From Tubulanus polymorphus (taxonomy: Eukaryota > Animalia > Nemertea), in assembly GCF_964204645.1 (NCBI RefSeq), contig NC_134029.1, positions 19,214,950 through 19,278,949 on the forward strand: a stretch of 64,000 nt of DNA, in the 5' to 3' direction. Positions 30,601 through 43,587 of the stretch are shown piece after piece. The position numbers were made by a program, and so were the translations under genes. How positions within the stretch are numbered: position 1 is the stretch's first letter; every line of letters starts with the position of its first letter. The notes beneath the pieces are model-generated. The model saw nothing but the letters and a program-made list of their open reading frames with translations. It made no database searches and had not been told where the DNA came from.

Positions 30601-33600
30601 CAACCAATTGCGGCAGCAATAGACTCAATTAAGCGGAATTTCGTACCTAGTTTCAACCACCTGTCATTTACTTCGAATTAACACAGGTAATTTTAGCCTT
30701 CATATCTGAATGTCGATATACGCTAGGAACAGCCAGACAATTCACTTATATATAAATACCTTTGCCGATCATAAAAGAAGAATTGGCTTTTGAAAACAGA
30801 TATTGCAGCGCGTTATAATTAACGCCCGGGTATTTTGTATGACAAACGCGATTCAATAGAACCAAAGTCAATGTCGGTGCGAAAATAAAAAAAAAACATA
30901 TACGAAAATTGCTGGTTTCAGCCATTCCCAGTGTAACATATAACACAACGCCAAAAAAAAATCATAATACGCCTAATTCCCGAAGTAAACCCGGTGCTCT
31001 AGATTCGTTTAAAAAAAAGACTTTTCGACCAATTCGTGAATTTCGCTCAAGGAAATTGATCGTCAACGTACATTCGATTCGAGTTCTAAAGGGGCATGGT
31101 CCCTTTAGAATGTAGGAACTGGCAATATCGCCACTGAAAGTATTCGCTGGCCTTAATCTTCGAATTCCAAGCAAAATAAAAAACATTATATACATAACTA
31201 GTCGTCTCTCTCTACCCCTCTCTCGTTTAAAACCACTACAAGCAACAATTGAGTTTTTAACTGAACGTATTTTAGTTTTGTTTACTCTTCGATAATGGGT
31301 TTTCAAACTTGTTCGGATGTCGTCGGGGCCGGGATAACATTACCGGCGTTTAAGAGACGACTGTCGCCCGAAGGTAAACACGTATATTTCGGGATAATAC
31401 GAAATCCTGATGTATTAGTCTGGATTTATCTATTTGGAAGAAAATGTTTTTTTCCCCCGGATAATATCTAATAATCAGTACTGCGAAAAGCGAAGTGCGC
31501 TATCCGATATGACAAATATTTTACGTAAGGATTTCTGCGAAGAGGCCTAATATGGATCGAATCAATATTGGACTATACGGAAAGTATATGATCAGCAAAA
31601 AAATTGCCAGCACTTTTTTCCAGTGGAAAACACTTTGAAAATCTGGGTCCCAACAACGATGTAGGGCTCAGTTAGTTGATCTCTAGTTGATGCCAAGATG
31701 CTGGGATTGCTAAACTCCTCCGCGACTTCAGCCGCAACTTTACCCTTCCAGTGCGTCTACACCGCAGTGCGGTGTATAAATCAGTGATGGGTTTTGTTAG
31801 TACGCCGCATCGCAGTGTATTGATGTTATTAGTAATTAGATTCTATTTCTATTGAAAGATTGCAACACCTGTCAAACAGCGAAATACTAGTCACTAACGA
31901 TACACTGCACCATGGGGTAGACACACTACAGTGGTATGCTCGTTTTTCAATGCACTGGGGTAGAATTTTTTTTAATTTTTAAATTATCTCCAGCACTTTT
32001 GGGCATTGATTAGTCAACGCTGAAATGGTTAAGAGTTGGATCATTTCAATAGTTTTACGATATGAAAACGATATTAAAACGCATTTGTAAACTATTTAAC
32101 TACTCATTCGAGGTATTCGATTTGAGGTAGACCTAACTCGTATATCATCATCATCAATCGCTATGGAACGATCGATTTTTGAAAATATTCAACAACAAAA
32201 ATCGTCGAAAATTTCGATGAAATTCGACCGGATTGGCTGACGTTGGAGAGGTTGTTTCGGTAGTCGTCGAGTCTATATACACGACGCGGACACTCGAATC
32301 CCACTGCTGAACACATCTGCCGTACTCAGACACACGAAACCCACGCGGTATACATAAACACGTACGTGTAATGAAGTAATATCGATAATTCCCCGAGAAC
32401 AATAGACAAAATACACACAACGTTCATTGATCAGTCGATGGCTGTGCTGTCCAGTAGCGCCGGCGAGATGGTGCTGTTAATAGTAATAGCGCGCGAACAA
32501 CAGTCTCAAACAACCTCCTCCATGCTGCTCTACACGCGGCTTAACTTTCACTATATTCTATAGAAATTAGCCATACACGATGCCCACAGATACCTGAACT
32601 CAATCGGAGAATATTTGACCTATCTATCCTAATGCGAGAAAACCAACGATTTATAGGATGAAAAATTGAAACGAAGAGTAAGATATTCTGAAATTGATCT
32701 AAATCCACAGCGTTTTGGCAATTGAGCCTGTTCAACAGGTTTCAATGACTACGACGGCCAAGAGCAAAATTTTCACTCCAGAGTAATCAGTGAAATTTTC
32801 AGGACCTAGTTCCACAGTTCTGAGTAAATACTTGACTCGGAGTTAACTCATCGAAAATGAACTAATTTTAACTCTACGAGTCGTGACGACTGTGGAACTG
32901 AATCCATAGATGAGCAGAAAGCTCAAACTTTGGCCTAAATATTTTCCCAGGAATATTGTCACTAGTGGCCTGCTGTACGATTTAGACAGGTGTTTATCAC
33001 TTTTCGATATGTTTATAGATGACGATTAACTCATATTGTATTAAATACACAATTGTATTTGTATATAATGACCAATAGTGAGATTACCGGTTTATCAATT
33101 GGGAGTTAGGGCAATTCATCAACCAATTGTCATGTTCAGTTTGCTGTGATTGAAGAGATAAGTCATGACAGCCGTTCGTTATAATGATAGCCCAACACTT
33201 ACACGCTGATAAGACCAGTTTACAAAAATACTCCTACAAAGACGATATAACCCTTATGATAAAACACGGTGATAAGTACTCAACAAGATCTTCAACTGCA
33301 CGATAAATGTCATTCAAAGTTCCGTCAAATGACAGGTTGTATAGAAACCAAATGCGATTTTTCCGAATGAATTTTCCAAAAGAAAAACATGGACAAAGAA
33401 GAAATTTTCCGCGAGAAAAAAATTATTTGTACTTTGGTCACTGGCAGAGTCCAATTCATAGGATGTCAGTCCTACTTGAAACGTAATTACCGTATATAAA
33501 TAGCTTAGTGGTGGTGATATTAATGCTTTATTCTTTCAATAATATGATATTGCTGTAGTACATGAAACTCTCCATCGGTGAAGATCTGACAGTTTAGTAT

Positions 33601-36302
33601 TTCACATAATCGATATTCATTCCACGTAAATACTTGAATGTAAGCATAATTTCAGGTATTCGAATTAAAAACCTAATTGAGAATCGGAATAGAAAACAGA
33701 GCGTTGTACTGTATGGGCTTGAATCCGACGCCCGACATTAAAATATAAACGAAATGCTCGCGACCATTTTGTCATTTCCGATTAATACGAGACGTATATT
33801 AATAATGGCTCGGCGCTCTATAGTGGGAAATCGATAATTAAATCAAACATCATCACAACCATTCATTAACGGGACATACTCCCACTTGCCGGGTATATCA
33901 AACATATAGTGCGGGTACGTGTAGCCTAATAAAACCATACTTCATGTTCATTGAAATTAGTCTTTAACAAGAAAGTTAATCATAAATGCATAATTTGATG
34001 CCTCCAAAAGAAATAACGACTATTTTTCGAATCTTCGATGGACTATCGAAATGTTGTTTAATGAAATCTACAAATGTTGCATGACTTAATTAAGGGGTTC
34101 TAGCTGTAATAGGGTACTTCATTGAATTAGTACATCAAGTTATATACACCTATATACCCTGTAAATGACCTTTTTTAAAATCATGATCCAGCTAACAATA
34201 ATAGACCAGGCTGGAATAGAAATGAACTGAGTAAAAATTTGATTGCATTTTACATAAATGACCCGGTCGATTAGGAGAAACGATGTATTGTTTTGTTTTA
34301 GCCTTAAGAAATCTTATTTCATCAATTACAATGTCACAATCATCAGGTAAAAATGTTTTACATTCAACTCCTGGGTACCATGTCTGATGATAATAGCCGC
34401 GATCACACGAGCATTTTTGGTCCGGGCCAGACTTGGCCGACCAAAAACGTTGGACCAGGCCCGAGCCTAATTTTAGCACCAGGCAAATGATTGCGTTTGA
34501 ATTGCAACTGGCACCGGAAATGATCCACTTCGTTTTGTTTGAGCATTGTTGAGTATCGAGTGAATGGTTTGCTTGTGAACACGCTTTCTAATTAGGCACG
34601 GGCCAAATTTGGCCCGGGCCAAATCTTCTCCGTGTGATCGCGGCTAATATACCTACTAAAATCTACGAATTGCTCAGACCAACAAATCGTACTGAAACCC
34701 ATGCCCCTAAATCATGTACTTAATTGTGTAAAAGCGAACTTTTCAATACGTTTATGATGTGAAAAACACGATTTCGTTCATTCACATTCGATCCCCCATG
34801 AAATCGGTTTAATGACTTGGAAATAAAAGCCGTAAAAGTCTCGAGATCTCGAAGGCGAAAATAATTGCCTTTTCCTTAAAAAGAGGAAATATTCTATCGC
34901 CCCAGCGATACAGGCATTTTCAAGGGTTATCGGGTCAGAATGATTTCCTGTGTTTTCCAGACTTGATTAACATCAGTTCTCTCGCGTTAGACCATGAAAA
35001 TTTTTCCCGCCGCCACGACAAAAATTTTTACGACGTCTGAAAATACGTCGGTTTAATCGGCGGAAAATACAAGAAGCAAATTGGTCGAACACTGAAACCT
35101 GTCTCATAAATTTTCAACTATCCAGTAGGCCTATTAGAAACAAAATGAGCACTCACTTAACCCGACAGTGATAACCATAAAACAAGCCAAAAGTTCAAAA
35201 CGGCAAAACAGGCAAAACGGCAAATCTTTCCGTAATCTATTGTATATGCATAGATATATATACATAATATACCCTTTTGATCTGATTCGGACCGATTTCA
35301 CATTTGCCATCGCTCACTACAGGAGTTTCTAGACTGGAAGGCAAAAAGATTAATCAGACTCCTTGAAGACTGCGCAAACTAAATCATATCGGAAACTTGG
35401 GGGTGATCAAACACTGGCGCGGTATATTATCACTGAGTTAAAATGCTAAGCTGGCCTTTCATCTGACATTAAAGAGCGCCACTACAAAAAAAATACACAG
35501 TTGTTTATACAAATATACATATATATTCAAGCAGGCCTAAGCTAGAATGCCGAAATCGAATTGTATCCAAGTCATTTAAGAAAATGCTTAATGTAACCAA
35601 CAGCACAGCCACTCTACAACGCTAAGTTTGACTGATCTACAAGTAACTTCAGCCTTCTAAATTAATTTTATTATCAATTATTTTGATCCTATAGCAAAGA
35701 AAACTGGATTCAGCCAAAAAACCAACAGCGAAGACTCTACAACGCTAAGTTTGGCAGATCTACAAGGAGCTTCAGCCTCCCAAATTAATTTTTCAAATAC
35801 CTATCATTTTGATCCTATAGCAAAGAAAACTGGATTCATCAAACACGTTCAATACATTTCTCAGGTCTTACAATTCATAAGCGTAATTTTTATCAAATCT
35901 TGGTACGAAACTGCTTATTCTTATCGCAGAAGTATGAAAAGATACATATATAGAGTGCCCAAAGTAGAATCCTGCCCCTAGCCGACGAATTTAATGGTAA
36001 TGTTCTTGCTATGGAAACTACGGGTCACGTCGAAGTCAGATTTTATGGGTTTTCGTGCATTCTTAATGTCATTGCTCATAACCATGTACTATAACTTAAG
36101 GCTATGAGTCTTTCCGATATAAACGCATTCAAGTAATGTCGAGCGACGATTATTCAGGCTTGACACAACCGCGGATCGTTTCAATCGTTCTTTTTACAGT
36201 ATATACCTGCAGGCCGGCGTATAAGACGAATACCTGCGGGTCACTAATAAGTCACAACACAGCAGAATGAATAAGAAATACATAAACAACCAACTAATAC
36301 AG

Positions 36303-36362
<60 letters not shown>

Positions 36363-36740
36363 CCGGAACACACATATATTATACAATTTTCAAACGAATA
36401 CTGAATTTTTTGAATGAGCAAGAAAGACGGGATTGGTAAAAATCTTCTTTACCGAATAAAATTCGCAGGGCCTGAACCCACAATTATCGAATAGATTTTC
36501 ATTGGACCCATGAAATCAAGGGTATTTTTTCGATTACAACTTCATAATTATAACAATAATAATAATGATGATAATAATTTATTTTTTAAAGCACTTTAGA
36601 TTAAGATCAATCTTAAAGCTCTCTACGACTCGACGCAATCAGAAAAATTAGTTAAGATAATATTCTAATAAACTTCCATCGAGATTAGTGTAATTTCAAA
36701 ACTTCAATCTCGGTTATGTTTGAACTCATTTTGAGAAATG

Positions 36741-36790
<50 letters not shown>

Positions 36791-39721
36791 AATCAAAGTT
36801 TATGTAAGCGTTTGGAACTACAAGGCTTCAATCTACCATCAAACATAGGCTACAGTTTAGACCGATGAAGCATGGTAGGATTGGAACCACTTATGATATT
36901 ACTATTTTCTAATAAACTAATTTAGTTATTTCAAACTTCATCGAAATATTATACATATTTTTCCCCCACCTATTTTCCCCGCAGCCGGTAAGCTGTACCA
37001 GAACTCTCTCTCCCCTCGCCTCAGGCTAACCATTTTTCACCTGTTCCGAGCAATTATACGAGGCCAGCGTTTTTCCCGGAAAGAAAAGAATTTTCCGCCA
37101 GCAAATTGCGGCGGTGCACTAAAACGTGAGGATTTGTAAATGCGAAAAGTGCGCGGAGAGAAAAGGTTTCCCGTTAAAAACGACAACGGGCGCATTTCGC
37201 TATCGAGAAAATATCTAGAGGAACTATCGACAACAACCTTCAAATATTTGTAAACTGTTAACTCAACGGCCTATATAACATCAAATAAAGAAATATTTGG
37301 TCAGGTAAAGCAAGCTTTTGCGGAGCAAACAACTCGGACAGGAAATGCTGGTCACTCATATTCGAAGCTAAATAGTGACGTAAAGGAAACTACGCAAACT
37401 ACTGATGTTTGTCTCGAAGGAATAAACGACGCTTAACCCCTTAGGCCTAATCAATATCCACCTAGTTGATATAACGTTTTAATAATTGTAGCTCGTGGAG
37501 TCAGACATATTTCATTCGGAGGTTCATTAGTGACAATTAAAACTTCATTGTAACTACATGTATTCTATCTATCCGCCGGTTATCATAAAAAAAACTTTTG
37601 AGCAACTGACCCTAGTATGCTAAGTTCCACCGCCTAAAAAAAGCTTATTTTCTTATGAGTTATGATAGTGCAAATGTGATTAGATTTTTGATATCATAAA
37701 TTCAATCACTTGCACTATATGCCTGAAGATACTCTCTAGAGATCATTTCACCTCTCTAAGGAGAGTTCGAAACACTGTGTCTTTATATCTTTTTTTGACT
37801 CAATAAATTATCAGTTTTCAATACTTTTAATCCGTAAATAGTGGGTTTTATCATATCATATCGTCTCTCCGCGTTTGATTGAGGCTATTCTACCAATAAA
37901 TATATTGACTCATTAGAAATTGAGAATTCTACTTGATATTTTCAACTGTTGTGAAATCATTGGCCGAGATGAAAAACTTACCTTAAGAATGCACGAGTCG
38001 ACATTAGCCGATTCATCGACGGTTGTGTCGTAATAACTCTGATCGAAAACCGGCTGATTATCGTTAACATCCTTGATCGTGACGATGACCGTCGCGTTGC
38101 TCGACAACGGTGGCGAGCCGTGATCGGTGGCCGTAACCGTAATCCTCGGCCGCGAAACCGTCTCGCAATCCAAACGCGACGCCGACATCACGAGTCCGGT
38201 CGTCGCGTCGATGCGAAACCACGCCGAATACGCGCTCGCGACGATGCCGTACGTTATACGCGAGTTGTTGCCGAAATCTGAGTCGGTCGCCGTCACTTTC
38301 ACGACGGACGAGCCGGGCGGCGAAACCTCGGCCAGCGAAGCTTCGTACGTGTCGGCCGTGAATTTCGGCGCGTTGTCGTTTGTATCGGAGACGACCAGGT
38401 TGAACGACTCGCGGCTGGTTAACGGCGGCACGCCGGCGTCGGTCGCGATGATCGTCAGTCGATAGAATGGCCGGCGCTCGCGATCGAGCGGCTTCGATAC
38501 GATCATCAGGTAGACGACGTTGTTCTGCGTCGTCAGTCCGAAATGGCCGTCGCCGCCGTCCAGCGTGACGTTGATGTTCGCGATGAATCCCGGCACGTCG
38601 GGATCGCTGACGGAGATACGCGCGACGTAATCGCCCGGCGATGCCTTCTCTGACAACTTCGGATTGCGATCGTCCGTTAAGAAAACTAAATCGATGGACG
38701 GAGGATGTTCGTTGATGTTGTCGACTTCGATCGACACGATCGCCGTCGTCTCGAGCGGCTGCGTCGCGTTGTCACGCGCGACCACGATCAACTCGTATCC
38801 GTGTTTCGTCTCGTAGTCGAGTCGCTTGTTCAGCCGCACGACGCCCGACGTTTTGTCGATCGCGAACACCTGGTCGGCGTCGCTGCGCGCGCGGTCGATG
38901 AAGTACTCGACGCGGCCGTTTTCGCCGCCGTCCTGGTCGGTGGCGAACACGCGCACGACGCTCGTGCCGATGGTCGCGTTCTCGGGAACTTTCGCCGAGT
39001 AGCGACTCTGGTTGAATATCGGTTGATTGTCGTTGGAGTCGCTGAGCTGCACGATGACGCGCGTGCTGCCCGACAGTGGCGGGTCGCCGCCGTCGTACGC
39101 TACCAGCAACAAGTTATACGTACGCGTGGCCGGGTCGTCGTAGTCGAGATGCCCGGACACGATCAAATCGACGTACAAAATTCCGTCGGCGGCGCGACGC
39201 GAAATCAACGAAAACGCGTCGTTTGTATTTCCGGAGACGATCGCGTAACGCTGCGTCGTGAAATTACCGAAATCCGGATCGATCGCGCTGCCGAGCGCAT
39301 GTTTCGCCCCGCGCGGCGCCGACTCCGAAATCGAGATGATCGTTTCGTCTTTCGAGAACTTCGGCGCGTAATCGTTGACGTCGCTGACCGAAACGGTGAC
39401 AGCGATGTTGTTCGACGACGCCGATATCGCGTTAAACGTATAAACGTCCTGCGTTTCGCGGTCCAAAATGATCTTCGTACGGATTTCGCCGGTGTCCGTG
39501 TTGATGTCGAGGTCGGCCGACACGGGCGATTTCGAGTTATCGAATAAAATATACGGCGGGTTGTCTAATAATCGACCGACTACGCTGTTAGCCGGAAGAC
39601 CTTCCGATATCGATAGGTCCTGATTTAAAGTTACGGCCGTCCCGTGTTTAACTAGTAGAATTATCGTCCAAATTGTCCAGTGAATTATATATTCCATTTT
39701 CAGTCGTTCGAATTGCACCAT
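3691..39721 (-). CDS. ds: Dachsous atypical protocadherin (DCHS1/2-like), 18 coding exons, ~3338 aa
   Basis: Hand-spliced exons (+ coordinates, transcript order): 37982-39721, 25421-25607, 19466-19696, 17677-17910, 16980-17146, 15522-16632, 14061-15038, 12828-13202, 12150-12359, 11280-11649, 10509-10707, 10003-10198, 9699-9914, 8755-9252, 7584-7870, 6839-6980, 6544-6715, 3691-6394. All introns GT-AG, total 10017 nt (divisible by 3). Signal peptide, serial cadherin motifs (DxNDNxPxF, LDYE/LDRE, AxDxD), one TM helix (AFVLVIVFPILTIIVIVVVVLLCLC), Dachsous cytoplasmic motifs SGRGSAE and GSYNWDYLLDWGPQYQPLAHVFTEIARLKD, C-terminus ELHI as in DCHS1. Confidence 0.95.
8021..8100 (+). repeat. 22-bp minisatellite, ~3.6 copies
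   Basis: ACTAAGTATTCACTAGTTAGAA repeated. Confidence 0.9.
8453..8737 (+). mobile_element. piggyBac-like MITE family A, copy 1
   Basis: TTAA|CCCTT...AAAGGG|TTAA; internal sequence shared with copies at 13732, 17340, 25070 and 31743. Confidence 0.8.
13732..14014 (+). mobile_element. piggyBac-like MITE family A, copy 2
   Basis: CCCTTTCAGTGC...GCATGAAAGGG|TTAA; close match to 8453-8737. Confidence 0.8.
17340..17613 (+). mobile_element. piggyBac-like MITE family A, copy 3 (diverged)
   Basis: TTAA|CCCCTTCAGTG...GGG|TTAA with shared core GAAAAATTCCACCCCAGTGCGTTG. Confidence 0.7.
18083..18323 (+). mobile_element. tRNA-derived SINE-like element
   Basis: Pol III A box TGGTGTAGTGG (18090-18100), B box GGTTCAAATC (18155-18164), non-tRNA body ending in an A-run; no cloverleaf. 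Confidence 0.55.
25070..25263 (+). mobile_element. piggyBac-like MITE family A, partial copy
   Basis: Shares TATAGTGCGTCTACACC and the 3' end CACCGCACTGCAGTGTAGATGCACTGAAAGGG. Confidence 0.6.
26959..27760 (+). repeat. 97-bp direct repeat pair, 705 bp apart
   Basis: GCCTCGTGGCCTGGGGAATT...CCCAATTAGACCG at 26959-27055 and 27664-27760. Confidence 0.9.
31743..32028 (-). mobile_element. piggyBac-like MITE family A, inverted copy
   Basis: Starts CCCTTCCAGTGCGTCTACACCGCAGTGCGGTG (reverse complement of the family 3' end), ends CTGAAATGG|TTAA. Confidence 0.75.
34395..34645. mobile_element. MITE with 15-bp TIR and 3-bp TSD (PIF/Harbinger-like)
   Basis: AAT|AGCCGCGATCACACG ... CGTGTGATCGCGGCT|AAT; internal GGCCCGGGCCAAA subrepeats. 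Confidence 0.75.
35611..35838 (+). repeat. Diverged ~125-bp-period tandem duplication
   Basis: ACTCTACAACGCTAAGTTT...TTTTGATCCTATAGCAAAGAAAACTGGATTCA at 35611-35711 and 35734-35838. Confidence 0.85.
36307..36360. repeat. (TA)n microsatellite
   Basis: Read directly. Confidence 0.95.
36744..36783. repeat. (TA)n microsatellite
   Basis: Read directly. Confidence 0.95.
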
Positions 39722-40436
39722 TTTTCTACGTTAACAAAATATGACGGAAAATCTCCTTATATTTCGCGTACATCCGATATGTATATATTCTGTATTAGAG
39801 GGATGACTTTCTGTTCCTATGATTTACGAGGCGTTAGTGTGTTGTGTACTTGAATTCTCCTGCCCACACTTTCATAGTTTGCCCACTGTCACCTGCGAAA
39901 AGAAATAAGGGACTAATTACTCTCAGAGATGGTATTTACTTAGCAACGGGGTGCCAACTATAGACAAATACCCCCTAGAATAAACAATAGGTATAATTGA
40001 ACGACACAAAAGGCAAAGCTGTCAAAGCAGATCAAAAGAGTACTTAGTGGGAGATAGCTTTGTTAGTAATTAGTTAATTACTAAGATTTTATAAACTGAG
40101 GCATGACTAACTTGCTCGAAATTCCCTTTCACGAAACAATAGTGCACACAGTGGAAATCGAGAATTAGCGATTACAGTGTGTTTACTAGAGAATGTTTTA
40201 AAGGGAATGTTATTCATAGAATGCGCTGGACCTACTAGTATGAGGCATCAAATTGTCTAATTATCATCCATGTTAAAATGATATCTCAGGATAGATAGCG
40301 CTGCCATCTACCCAAAATAAAAAAAAAGAAGAATTTTGTTTCTGATATTGTACGTATATAACATGTTGTAGGCCTATTCTCTGTTTTGCTCTAAGCAAAT
40401 GTATTTTGTGAGCAATTATTTATATTCTATTAAAAC

Positions 40437-40872
40437 GGGTCATCCTTATTACGGAGATGACGTATTTTACCGAGATGAACCGAGATGAAATGAAATATAG
40501 CATATCTATTTATTCGTTATCGATTTTAACACTTGAAATCATGTTATATCAGTAATAAATACCTCCTAGAGTCATATTTTACATATTTTTTTTATTTAAA
40601 AAAATTTTGATTACAAATACGAAAACTTGGTTAGCAATAGAATTTCATTGAATTTGATTGATCGAAGATCTCATCTCGGTAAAGTTAAGTTATTTTTCTA
40701 CAAAAATATCCGAAAAAATATGTAAAATATGACTCCAGCAGGCATTTATTACTGATATGATGTCAATTGTTAAAATCGATAAGGAATAAATAAATATGTT
40801 ATATTTTATTTCATCTCGGTTGATCTCGGTTCATCTTGGTAAAATACGTCATCTCGGTAATAAGGATGACCG
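40437..40872. mobile_element. Foldback MITE with long imperfect TIRs and 8-bp TSD
   Basis: GGTCATCCTTATTAC... / ...GTAATAAGGATGACC arms (~150 bp, CCGAGATGA subrepeats); ATTAAAAC duplicated at 40429-40436 and 40873-40880. Confidence 0.85.
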
Positions 40873-41415
40873 ATTAAAACCACACTCTTAAATCAAATGA
40901 TACCTTTGACAAAAAATAAAAGCAATTGTTAATTTTTTAGATTATACTCCGTAACACATTTTGTTTAACTAAATTCAGGGTATAGGCATAACCTAATGCT
41001 TAGTTTCAAGATAAAGTTTAATTTCAAAGTTTAATTTAATATTTTTTCATTTTTATTCAAATTATCTTTAAACAATTCAAAAGTTCATCATGTTTCTAAA
41101 ACTATTATTTACGCTCTACCAAATGTTTGAAAATTCCAGAGCAAATTCATAGAAACACACAATTCCAAATATTTTCAATTAATAATTCAAGTCCTAATTA
41201 AATACATTTAAAATAAGAAAATATTTTTTAAAAATAGTTCGATTTCCTTTCTATTTGTAAAACTTGCTCAAAAAGGTTGTACATTCTTTCTTCATTCGTG
41301 AAAAAAATTTGCAATAATGATGACAAACAAACATTTAATGAAAACAAAATTTCGTGTATCGACAATTGATCACAATAAACTGTATTTATGTTGACGTTTG
41401 TTACGACGCTTTTAC

Positions 41416-41700
41416 CTGTGTTTACGTTTCAAATGCATTTTTGCTGGAATTGAATGGCAATAAAGCCGAATAAACAATCGAAGTTACAATTCTAATCTAA
41501 AACGACATATTTACCAAGATAAATCTAGTTCACGTATTCCATAGGCAGGTAGTTTATCCATTTCACAGCGGACAACAAACAACACCAACGACCAGCTTTC
41601 ATTTGTCATAACTACTAATGCATTGAAGAGTGACAATACAATACAATTCAATATCGACTTTATTGCACCACTGTACACAAAATCTCCACCTGTCGTCGTT
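41416..41700 (-). other. Putative non-coding first exon (5' UTR) of dachsous
   Basis: The ATG-containing exon has an upstream acceptor (pyrimidine tract + CAG at 39893-39895 on minus), implying an earlier exon. Candidate donor CAG|GTAAAA ends an exon at 41416; its 5' boundary is a guess. Confidence 0.35.
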
Positions 41701-42007
41701 TATAGATTCCAATATTTCCGATAACAACGTTCAACGTCTATGAAATAGCGGCGATTTTACAAAAAGATCCAGTTTTAGGGATGAGAGCTTTCCGATTTTA
41801 TCTAGCCTAAAAGGCCTGCCCTATTTAGCTTCATTTCTTAAACAAAAAGAAGAACTATTAAATTCGTTTAATGAATTGTTATTCTTTTCTTAGATATTTG
41901 TTCAATATGAAAAGAATAAACAGATAAACGTTGACCTTTTCCTAGGCCTAGTGCAATGAACAAAATACATTGAATTAAATTTGACTTTTGATAGTTAGCA
42001 ATTCATC
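41700..42007. promoter_or_regulatory. Likely divergent (bidirectional) promoter region between dachsous and MPP10
   Basis: Head-to-head gene arrangement; position inferred from the MPP10 ATG at 42008 and the putative ds UTR exon. No core motif proven. Confidence 0.35.
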
Positions 42008-43554
42008 ATGGCCGCGCCCATGAAACGTGGAACGAAAATGCATGTGCTTGAAAATGTGGACAAAAATCTCCAAAAATACACCGACAAACCGGAGATATTT
42101 TTAAGGTATAGCAATCTTGATTTACGATAATTCTGCTGTTTGTTTGTGCGGCTTGTATATCCCTTAATGATGAAATGACTCGTCAAATTTCAATTCAATC
42201 AAATTAAATTCAAGAAAAAGAATTAAGCACTTATTCTTCGCTCCTAGTCCACTGTCTTCTTTGTAAGCGTTATTTCGTTGCGCTAATGGTGAATGCATTA
42301 TTTTACTTAATGGATCAACATTGATAATTGCTCAATGCAAACAATAGGGCCTACCTGCCTTTTTTTAAATTATACCGCTGCCGATAAGTAGCGCTACTAA
42401 TTTACTCTACTTTTATTTTTTATCACCACTGCGAGTACTGGTAGATCCGAAAATTCATTTAATCATATTCTAAATCGGTCTTAATCGTTGCATTTTCTCT
42501 ACATCTGAATTATTTCAGCACCCAAAAGACGGTCGAGAAGGGGATGAAATCATGTACGAAAGAACTATATGATTTCATGAAAGAGTTCGACTCAGCCGCC
42601 GACTCTAACAGTACCGACGCATTGCCCGAATTGATTGTCGAAAATTTCGACGACGAACAAATTTGGCAGGAAATCGAACTTCAAAACGATCCGCACATCA
42701 GTGGACTCGTGAAGGGTTTGTCTCAATTGATCGCGTTTAAAGGCGATCTGAATTTGCAATTAGCGGACGATGATGATGTCGGACGCGGTGAGAATGAAAG
42801 CGATCAGGAGGAATCGGACCAATCCGAGGATGATGGAAGCGATTCGGAATTCGATGCGGACAATCTCGAAAATGAAACTTACGATTTCGACGATGAAGAT
42901 ATCGATGAATTCGATTTATTAAGAAAACCCGGTGAGGAGTTAGATGACGATGAAGATGACAGTAGCGACATTGGCGAGGATGACGGCGAATGCGGTCGAA
43001 AAAAACTGGTATCGAAGAAACGACGTAAAACTGTCGTCGATGAAAAGTTTTTCAAAATGGCCGACATGGAGGAATTTTTGGAGATGGAAGACGCGAAAGA
43101 AGAGAGACGCTTGAATGGCGACGATGTAAATGATGCAGGAGATATTGATTATTTCACCGAAATTGGCAGCGACGATGAAGGGGATGACGTAGAAGGGGTA
43201 AGTGAAGAGGTAAGGAAATACAGCGTCGCCATTTGAACGGCGGTTGCCTTTCTGTTATCATTCTGCGGTTCAACTCTTGGATATAGTCGATAGTCATATG
43301 CTCAATTGAGTAAACCTAGCTTACCTCGGAATAACTGGGACCGACAAAATCGGTCTGAGGTAAACGAAGTCTGAGTAAATGATTGGAAAATACGTTTAGA
43401 AGTCAAAAAAAATTTTGTGTTGGACATGTCCGAGTAGAGAGAGGTTTACTGTCTTCAAAAATTGGTTTCGTTTATTTTAGGGTAAAAAAGATACCAAGTA
43501 TGGCGACTTCTTTGATTTACCAGAAGGAGAAAATAAGAAAAATGATAGCAATGG

Positions 43555-43587
<33 letters not shown>

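Noticed and set aside
19700-37900. Numerous 60-115 aa ORFs in the large ds introns
   Set aside because: No domain signal or coding bias; several overlap MITEs or microsatellites.
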